A DNA stretch of 11,913 bases, taken from assembly GCA_964658025.1 (NCBI GenBank), contig CAZZXB010000094.1:1-11913 (forward strand), written 5' to 3'. Position 1 is the stretch's first letter. Every line of letters begins with the position of its first letter. Positions 5,775 to 11,913 of the stretch are shown piece after piece. A program made the position numbers and the translations under genes. The notes under the pieces were generated by a model that was not told where the DNA came from, made no database searches, and saw nothing but the letters and a program-made list of their open reading frames with translations. This DNA comes from an uncultured Janthinobacterium sp. GTDB lineage: Bacteria > Vulcanimicrobiota > Vulcanimicrobiia > Vulcanimicrobiales > Vulcanimicrobiaceae.

Positions 5775-7232
5775 TTGGCAGCTACGCAGGTCGACGCGGT
5801 CGTCATCGGAGCGGGGCCCGGCGGGTATCACGCGGCGATCCGCTTGGGACAACTCGGCAAGTCCGTCGTCTGCATCGATCGCGACGAGGTCGGAGGCGTG
5901 TGCCTGAATTGGGGCTGCATCCCGACGAAAGCGCTCCTCCACGTCGGCGAGGTGGCGCGGCACATCCGTGAGGCCGACAAGATCGGGCTCCGCGTCGCGG
6001 CGCCCGAAGTCGATCGCGAAGGCGTCGTCGCCTTCACGGATTCCGTCGTCAAGGCCAACGTCGGCGGCGTGAACCAACTCTTCAAGGCCAACGGCGTCAC
6101 GTTCGCGTACGGCCGCGCGTCGTTCGTCTCGTCGACGGAGGTCGCGGTCGAAGGCCGCGACGGCACGACGCAAACCTTCCGAGCGAAGGACATCGTCATC
6201 GCGACCGGGAGCGCGCCCGTCGACGTGCGCGCGTGGCCGCGCGACGGCGAGAAGATCATCAACTCGGACGACGCGGTGAAGCTCGCGAAGATTCCGAAAA
6301 CGATGTTGATCGTCGGCGGCGGCGTGATCGGACTCGAATTCGCGACCGTGTACACGCGCCTCGGCGCGAAGGTGCTCGTCGTCGAGATGATGCCGAACGT
6401 GCTCTCCGGCAGCGATCTCGAGATCTCGAAAACGATGGCGCGCATCCTCAAGAAGCAAGGCATCGAGATCGCGCTCTCGACGAAGATCGTCGCGCTCGAA
6501 ACGACCCAGACGGGCGTGAAGGCGATCTTCAACGGCGACTACACGAGCGGGAAAGACGAAACGCGCGAATTCGAAACGGCGCTCGTCGCCGTCGGTCGCC
6601 GTCCCGTCACCGACGGTCTCGATCTCGCCAAGGCCGGACTCGAAACCGACGAGCGCGGTTTCATCGCGGTCGACGCCCAGCGCCGCACGAAGGTCTCCAA
6701 CATCTACGCGATCGGCGACGTGACGTCGGCGCCGCTCCTCGCGCACAAGGCGATGAAGGAAGGCGTGGTCGCGGCGGAAGCGATCGGCGGCGATCGCGCC
6801 TCGGCGTACGATCCGATCGCCGTGCCGAACTGCGTCTACACCGATCCCGAAGTCGCGACCGTCGGCCTCTCCGAGGAAGAGGCGATCGCGGCGGGTTACG
6901 AGTTGCGGATCGGGAAATTTCCGCTCGTCGCGAGCGGCCGCGCGCGCACGATGAACGAATCCGACGGCCTCATCAAACTCGTCGCCGACGCGAAAACCGA
7001 TCTGCTCCTCGGCATGCACATCGTCGCGCCGCAGGCCGAATCGTTGATCGGCGAGGGCGTGATCGCGCTCGAGATGGGTTCCACGCTCGAAGACGTGGCG
7101 CTCTCGATGCACCCGCATCCGACGCTGACGGAATCGATCATGGACGCGGCCGAAGCCGCGCACGGCAAGGCGATCCATCTCGTCAACCCCAAGCCCAAGA
7201 CGGGTGCGAAGACGCCCGTCGCCGCGGGGTAG
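5775..7232 (+). CDS. lpdA: Dihydrolipoyl dehydrogenase (E3)
   Basis: FAD motif VIGAGPGGY, redox disulfide GGVCLNWGCIPTK, NAD motif GGGVIGLE, AIGDV and C-terminal HPHPTLTE. GGAGGG (5764-5769) precedes the TTG start, with a TATCAT -10-like hexamer at 5742-5747. Confidence 0.97.
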   Translation: MAATQVDAVVIGAGPGGYHAAIRLGQLGKSVVCIDRDEVGGVCLNWGCIPTKALLHVGEVARHIREADKIGLRVAAPEVDREGVVAFTDSVVKANVGGVNQLFKANGVTFAYGRASFVSSTEVAVEGRDGTTQTFRAKDIVIATGSAPVDVRAWPRDGEKIINSDDAVKLAKIPKTMLIVGGGVIGLEFATVYTRLGAKVLVVEMMPNVLSGSDLEISKTMARILKKQGIEIALSTKIVALETTQTGVKAIFNGDYTSGKDETREFETALVAVGRRPVTDGLDLAKAGLETDERGFIAVDAQRRTKVSNIYAIGDVTSAPLLAHKAMKEGVVAAEAIGGDRASAYDPIAVPNCVYTDPEVATVGLSEEEAIAAGYELRIGKFPLVASGRARTMNESDGLIKLVADAKTDLLLGMHIVAPQAESLIGEGVIALEMGSTLEDVALSMHPHPTLTESIMDAAEAAHGKAIHLVNPKPKTGAKTPVAAG

Positions 7233-7902
7233 ACGGCCACGACACGCCTCGTCGATCTCGGTCGGCTCCCGTATCGCGAAACGCTCGCGCGGCAACGCGC
7301 GTTGCACGCCCGCGTCGCGCGCGGCGACGCGCCCGATACGTGGCTCGTCGTCGAACACGATCCGGTCATCACGCTCGGCCGCAACGCGCGCCGCGCGAAC
7401 GTCGTCGCGTCGCCCGAAACGCTCGCCGCGCGCGGCATCGACGTCGTCGAGATCGAGCGCGGCGGCGACGCCACCTATCACGGACCGGGTCAGGTCGTCG
7501 TCTATCCGATCGTCCGTCTCGCGCGCTTTCGCGAGATCGTGCCCTTCGTCTCGTCGCTCGAACTCGCGGTCGTACGGACGCTCCGCCGTTTCGAGATCGA
7601 CGCGCGCACGCGCCCGGAGCATCGCGGCGTCTACGTCGGCGAGCGCGCGATCTGCGCGGTCGGTCTCGCGGTGAAAGCGATGACGTCGCTCCACGGCCTC
7701 GCGCTCAACGTCTCGACCGATCTCGCGTACGATCGCCTCATCGTGCCGTGCGGCACGCCCGAATTCGGCGTCACGTCGATCGCGCGCGAGACGTCGCGCC
7801 CCGTCTCGCGCGACGTCGCGCGACGCGTTACTCGAGGAACTCGGCAGCGCGTTCGGGCTCGCGTTCGCGACGGACGACGCGCTCGAGGAAGTCGCTTCGT
7901 GA
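7233..7902 (+). CDS. lipB: Lipoyl(octanoyl) transferase LipB, with a non-canonical or missing start and an apparent frameshift near 7821
   Basis: Motifs VDLGRLPY, WLVVEHDPVITLGR, RGGDATYHGPGQVVVYPI, HGLALNV and IVPCG. The first codon after the lpdA stop is ACG (7233); the first canonical start, TTG 7302, lies downstream of conserved residues. The natural-looking C-terminus (DALLEELGSAFGLAF...EEVAS-TGA 7900-7902) is in the +1 frame from 7822. Confidence 0.88.
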
Positions 7903-8771
7903 TCGACTCGAATACGCCGCGCGCGCCGAAGCCGCCGTGGCTCAAAGTCACGCTCGCGCACGGCGAGAACTACGAACGACTCAAACGCGACGTGAAGGCG
8001 CTCGACCTCCACACGGTGTGCCAGGAAGCCATGTGCCCGAACATCGGCGAGTGTTGGGGCGCCGGAACCGCGACGATCATGATCCTCGGCGACACGTGCA
8101 CGCGCGGCTGTCATTTCTGTAACGTGAAAACCGGGAGCCCGCGGGGCGAGGTCGATTGGCTCGAACCCAAGCGCGTCGCCGAAGCCGTGCGCGATCTCGG
8201 CTGGACGTATCTCGTCCTCACCGCGGTCGATCGCGACGATCTCCCCGACGGCGGCGCCGCGATCTTCGCGAGTACCGTCCGCGCGATCCATCGGCTCTCG
8301 CCTGGGGCGAAGGTCGAATGTCTCACGGGCGATTTCGCGGGCGACGCGGAGGCGCTCGACGTCGTGCTCGAAGCGCGTCCCGAAGTGCTCGCGCACAATC
8401 TCGAGACGGTCGAGCGACTGCAACCGACCGTCCGCGACCGACGCGCGACGTTCGCGCAATCGCTCGGCGTGCTCGCACGCGCGAAGAACAGCGACCGCGT
8501 CCGATTCACGAAAACGTCGTTGATGCTCGGCCTCGGCGAACGCGAAGACGAGATCGTCGAAACGATGGATGCCGCGCGCGGCGTCGGCGTCGACATCTTC
8601 ACGATGGGTCAGTACCTCCGACCCACACAGCGTCATCTCGAGGTCGCGGAGTTCGTAACGCCCGAAAAATTCGAACGTCTCCGCCGGATCGGAATGAGTA
8701 AGGGCTTCCGCCAGGTCGTCTCGAGCCCGCTCTCGCGAAGCTCGTATCACGCCGAGAAAGCGTTTACGTAG
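7899..8771 (+). CDS. lipA: Lipoyl synthase LipA (radical SAM)
   Basis: Motifs KPPWLKV, C-x4-C-x5-C (CQEAMCPNIGEC), C-x3-C-x2-C (CTRGCHFC), VDRDDLPDGGA, HNLETV, GQYLRP and RSSY. It has its own GTG at 7899 with GAGGA at 7885-7889; 290 aa. As sequenced it is in frame with the lipB body. Confidence 0.96.
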   Translation: MIDSNTPRAPKPPWLKVTLAHGENYERLKRDVKALDLHTVCQEAMCPNIGECWGAGTATIMILGDTCTRGCHFCNVKTGSPRGEVDWLEPKRVAEAVRDLGWTYLVLTAVDRDDLPDGGAAIFASTVRAIHRLSPGAKVECLTGDFAGDAEALDVVLEARPEVLAHNLETVERLQPTVRDRRATFAQSLGVLARAKNSDRVRFTKTSLMLGLGEREDEIVETMDAARGVGVDIFTMGQYLRPTQRHLEVAEFVTPEKFERLRRIGMSKGFRQVVSSPLSRSSYHAEKAFT

Positions 8772-9039
8772 ACATCGCGCCTTTCGCGACCGCGGCTTCC
8801 AGGACGATCGTCGCGTCGATCGCCGGACCGCCGACCGGGTGCAGCGCTTGCGGGAGTTGCGAACGCGACGCGACGCCGAGTTTGACGTAAGCGCGGCTGA
8901 GATGCTTTTCGACCGTCTTATCGGAGATGGACAATTCCGCGGCGATCGCTTTATTGGTCTTGCCCGCGGCGGCGAGCGATGCGACCTCGCGCTCGCGCGC
9001 GGTGAGCGAAGTTTGCCAAGCCGGTTCCAAACCGTTCAT
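8764..9039 (-). CDS. Stand-alone LuxR/GerE-type helix-turn-helix regulator (91 aa)
   Basis: LTAREREVASLAAAGKTNKAIAAELSISDKTVEKHLSRAYVKLGVASRSQL is a canonical LuxR HTH. GGAGG lies 5 nt before ATG 9039. No receiver or sensor domain; overlaps the lipA end by 8 bp. Confidence 0.9.
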   Translation of the reverse strand: MNGLEPAWQTSLTAREREVASLAAAGKTNKAIAAELSISDKTVEKHLSRAYVKLGVASRSQLPQALHPVGGPAIDATIVLEAAVAKGAMST

Positions 9040-9099
9040 ATGCGCCTCCAGAGGCAGACAACGTTATGCTAGGTTAACCGCTTGACGGCCACAAGGGCA

Positions 9100-9115
9100 G
9101 TAGGGGCGTCCCTAC
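9100..9115. promoter_or_regulatory. Palindromic candidate operator GTAGGG-gcgt-CCCTAC
   Basis: Perfect 6-bp arms in the divergent luxR/MFS intergenic region, downstream of an AT-rich stretch (9061-9078) with -10-like hexamers on both strands (TGcTAGGTT on +; TAACCT and TAGCAT on -). Confidence 0.45.
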
Positions 9116-9125
9116 CAAGTTTCCA

Positions 9126-10580
9126 TTGAAGGACGTACGGGTCGCACGACTCTCAGAGACGCGTGCGAGCGAGTCGGAACGAGCCGACGGCTTGCCGCCG
9201 AAACGTCGCAGGACCGCGTATATCGCGCTCGCGCTCGCGACCGCGATGGCCGTGCTCGACGGATCGATCGCGAATACCGCGCTTCCCACCATCGCACGCG
9301 ACTTACACGCCGACGTCGCAACATCCGTATGGATCGTCAATGGTTTTCAGTTAGCGATAACGATGTCGCTCTTCGCGTTCGCGTCGCTCGGGCGCATCCG
9401 AGGCGCGCGTCGCGTCTACGGCTTCGGCGTCGGCACGTTCGTCGTGGGATCGCTCCTGTGCGCGCTCGCGCATTCGCTCGTCGCGCTCATCCTGGCACGG
9501 GTCGTTCAGGGATTCGGTGCGGCCGCGATCATGGCGATCGCACCCGCGCTCTTGCGCGACGTCTTTCCGCGAGCCGACCTCGGCCGGGCGCTCGGCGTGA
9601 ACGCGGTCGTCATCGCGACGAGCGCGGCCGCGGGCCCGACGCTCGGCGGATCCTTACTCGCGATCGCGCCGTGGCCGTTCCTGTTCGCGATCAACGTCCC
9701 GTTCGGGCTCGCGAACCTCGCCCTCAATCGCGCGCTCCCGAAGAGCGATCCGCAACCGAGCCCGTTCGATTGGCCGAGCGCGATCGCGAGCGGACTCGGG
9801 TTCGCGCTCGCGATCTGGGGCTTCGACGGCATCGGCCGCGACGAAGCGCCGTGGTCGATCGCGGCGCGCATCGTCGCGGGCGTCGCGGCGCTCGGATGGT
9901 TCGCGCGACGGCAGTTCGCGCTCCCGCGCCCGATGATCGATCTCGATCTCTTCGCGATGTCGCGATTCTCGTTCGCCGCGATCGCGTCGTTCTCGGCGTT
10001 CGTGGCGCAGGGGCTCGCGTACGTCGCGCTCCCGTTCGCGTTTCAGGAAGTCCTCGCGCGAACGCCGTTGCAATCGGGTCTCTTGCTCACGTCGTGGCCG
10101 CTGACGATCGCGTTCGTCGCGCCGATCGCGGGACGGCTCTCGGATCGTTATTCGGCGGGCGTCCTCTCGACGATCGGACTCGCCACGTTCGCCGTGGGGC
10201 TCGCGTCGTACGGATTCGTCGGTCCGGGGGCGTCGAGCGGAACGATTCTCGTTCACGGAATCCTCTGCGGTCTCGGATTCGGATTCTTCCAATCGCCCAA
10301 TAATCGCGAGCTGATCGGCGGGGTGCCGCGCGCGAAGACGTCGAGCGCCGCCGCGCTCCTCGCGGCGCTTCGCGTCGGCGGTCAGACCGTGGGCACGTCG
10401 CTCGTCGCGATCCTCTTCGGCACGGTCGGCGCGAGCGTCGTCGGCGGTTCGCACCCGGCGGCCGCCGTCGCGCACGCGGCACCGCTCGCGCTCTGGTCGG
10501 CGGCCGGTTTCGCCGGTGCCGCGGCCCTTGCAAGCGGTCTGCGCCTCGTTCGCGGGCGAGGATCCGCGGCGGCCGCGTGA
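9126..10580 (+). CDS. MFS transporter, DHA2/EmrB-QacA type (YebQ-like)
   Basis: Motifs DGLP...MAVLDGSIANTALPTIARDL, WIVNGFQL, ARVVQGFG, GPTLGG, WPFLFAINVPFG, AGRLSDR and GLGFGFFQSPNN, with many TM segments. The TTG start at 9126 is uncertain. Confidence 0.92.
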   Translation: MKDVRVARLSETRASESERADGLPPKRRRTAYIALALATAMAVLDGSIANTALPTIARDLHADVATSVWIVNGFQLAITMSLFAFASLGRIRGARRVYGFGVGTFVVGSLLCALAHSLVALILARVVQGFGAAAIMAIAPALLRDVFPRADLGRALGVNAVVIATSAAAGPTLGGSLLAIAPWPFLFAINVPFGLANLALNRALPKSDPQPSPFDWPSAIASGLGFALAIWGFDGIGRDEAPWSIAARIVAGVAALGWFARRQFALPRPMIDLDLFAMSRFSFAAIASFSAFVAQGLAYVALPFAFQEVLARTPLQSGLLLTSWPLTIAFVAPIAGRLSDRYSAGVLSTIGLATFAVGLASYGFVGPGASSGTILVHGILCGLGFGFFQSPNNRELIGGVPRAKTSSAAALLAALRVGGQTVGTSLVAILFGTVGASVVGGSHPAAAVAHAAPLALWSAAGFAGAAALASGLRLVRGRGSAAAA

Positions 10581-10666
10581 CGATCCTCACCACATCCGGC
10601 CAAAGCATAGAAAGCGAGCGTTTTTGCCCCGATAGTCGAAGATGTGACCGCTCTAGGAACCATCGC

Positions 10667-10975
10667 ATGCCTTTCATGAACGATCTCATCGCCGTAGGCT
10701 CGAGCATAAACGCTTCGTTATTGAACGCGCTGGTCGACGGACCTCAGCGTTTCGGCGATCTCGCGACGACGTTCGATACCGACGAGACGACGCTCGGACA
10801 GCACCTGCGCGAACTCGACGCCGCGGGGCTGATCTCGCGCCGCGTCGAGACGGGGCCGCCGCTTCGCGTCCTCTACGAACTCACGACCGAGGGCGGTCAA
10901 CTCGCGCCCGCGATCGGCGCGATCGCCGCCTGGGCGAAACCCCGCGCCATGCGCCCGACGCTGCGCAATCTCTAA
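10667..10975 (+). CDS. HxlR-family winged-helix transcriptional regulator (divergent)
   Basis: GPQRFGDL...LRELDAAGLISRRV..GPPLRVLYELTTEG..L...I..W matches the HxlR pattern. AGGA (10655-10658) lies 8 nt before ATG 10667 (alternative 10676); 102 aa. Confidence 0.85.
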   Translation: MPFMNDLIAVGSSINASLLNALVDGPQRFGDLATTFDTDETTLGQHLRELDAAGLISRRVETGPPLRVLYELTTEGGQLAPAIGAIAAWAKPRAMRPTLRNL

Positions 10976-10977
10976 CG

Positions 10978-11913
10978 CTACGCGTAGACCCCGCGCGTGT
11001 TCATCGACGCGACGACGCGTTCGATCGCGAGCATGTAGGCCGCCGTCCGTAACGGCACGTTGCGGCGCTCCGCGAGTTCGCCGACCTTCGCGAAGTTCTC
11101 GAGCATAACGTCCGCGAGACGCTCGTTCACTTCGGATTCCTTCCAGAAGTAACCGCCGCGATCTTGAACCCACTCGAAGTACGAGACCGTGACGCCGCCC
11201 GCATTCGCGACGATATCGGGGATCACGACGATCCCGCGCTTGGCGAAGAGATGGTCGGCTTCGGGCGTCGTCGGCCCGTTCGCGCCCTCGACGATCAACT
11301 TCGCCTTCACGTTCGCGGCGTTCGCGATCGTGAGTTGCTTCTCGAGCGCGGCCGGAACGAGGACGTCGCACGGGAGTTCGAGGAGCGCGTCGTTCGTCAC
11401 GCGATCGCCGCCGCGATAGCCGTCGAGCGAATGGTGCTCCCGGACGTACGCGATCGCGCCCGGGATATCGAGCCCCGCGGGATTGTGGTACCCGCCCGTG
11501 ACGTCGGAGATCGCGACGATCGAGCAGCCGGCTTCGGCGAAGAGTTTCGCCGCGATCGAGCCGACGTTGCCGAAGCCTTGGACGGCGATCTTCGCACCCG
11601 CCGGCATGATGCCCATGCGTCGCATCTGCGCGAGCGCGACGAGCGAAACGCCGCGCCCCGTCGCTTCGACGCGGCCGCGCGAGCCGCCGATCTCGAGCGG
11701 CTTCCCCGTCACGACGCCCGGCGTGTGCGCGCGGACGTGCATGCTGTACGTGTCCATGAACCAGGCCATGATCTGCGGCGTGGTGCCGACGTCGGGCGCC
11801 GGGACGTCCTTGTCGGGCCCGACGACCTCGACGAGTTCGGCCGCGTAGCGGCGCGTGATCCGTTCGAGTTCGCCCTTCGAGAGCGTCGTCGGATCGCAGG
11901 TGACGCCGCCCTT
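10978..11913 (-). CDS. gdhA: Glu/Leu/Phe/Val dehydrogenase, most likely glutamate dehydrogenase (5' end lies beyond the right edge)
   Basis: The frame stays open to 11913 (KGGVTCDP...ERITRRYA...DVPAPDVGT). Further motifs VTGKP..IGGS.GR.EATGRGV, QGFGNVG, EGANGPTT and PDIVANAGGVTVSYFEWVQ. Confidence 0.95.
   Translation of the reverse strand, partial: KGGVTCDPTTLSKGELERITRRYAAELVEVVGPDKDVPAPDVGTTPQIMAWFMDTYSMHVRAHTPGVVTGKPLEIGGSRGRVEATGRGVSLVALAQMRRMGIMPAGAKIAVQGFGNVGSIAAKLFAEAGCSIVAISDVTGGYHNPAGLDIPGAIAYVREHHSLDGYRGGDRVTNDALLELPCDVLVPAALEKQLTIANAANVKAKLIVEGANGPTTPEADHLFAKRGIVVIPDIVANAGGVTVSYFEWVQDRGGYFWKESEVNERLADVMLENFAKVGELAERRNVPLRTAAYMLAIERVVASMNTRGVYA

Noticed and set aside
5104..5971. 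ORFs crossing the MocR-lpdA intergenic region (5104-5505, 5220-5714, 5453-5971)
   Set aside because: They overlap real genes, lack a credible RBS/start, and have atypical codon usage and no recognisable motifs.
7230..7232. Pyrrolysine or genome-wide TAG recoding as the explanation for the in-frame TAG
   Set aside because: TAG ends other genes here normally (small peptide, hypothetical, lipA, gdhA), LpdA is complete before it, and no pyl genes or tRNA are in the window.
5478..8750. 1090-aa minus-strand ORF
   Set aside because: It is the antisense shadow of lpdA-lipB-lipA, Arg-rich with no motifs. Long stop-free shadow frames are expected at this GC content.

Overview
This is a gene-dense, very GC-rich and CpG-rich bacterial core-genome window with no mobile element, CRISPR array, rRNA or tRNA. 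Left part, in order: the 5' end of a membrane-protein gene running off the left edge (-); a 60-aa secreted His/Lys-rich peptide with a terminator (+); a VIT1/CCC1 metal transporter (-); a probably leaderless hypothetical protein (+); and a minus-strand run of MocR-type GntR regulator, mutY and nth, where Nth carries an 18-bp-repeat Lys-rich tail. Right part, in order: a ~480-bp hairpin-rich intergenic region; an lpdA-lipB-lipA lipoate cluster (+); a stand-alone LuxR HTH (-) divergent from a YebQ-like MFS transporter (+); an HxlR-like wHTH (+); and the 3' part of a glutamate dehydrogenase (-). The most unusual part is the lipoate cluster. lpdA, lipB and lipA lie in one 999-codon frame broken only by the lpdA TAG. 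lipB has no canonical start (TAG is followed directly by ACG), lacks the usual catalytic Lys, and carries an apparent 2-nt frameshift that fuses it to lipA. Sequencing or assembly error cannot be excluded for these oddities from the sequence alone.
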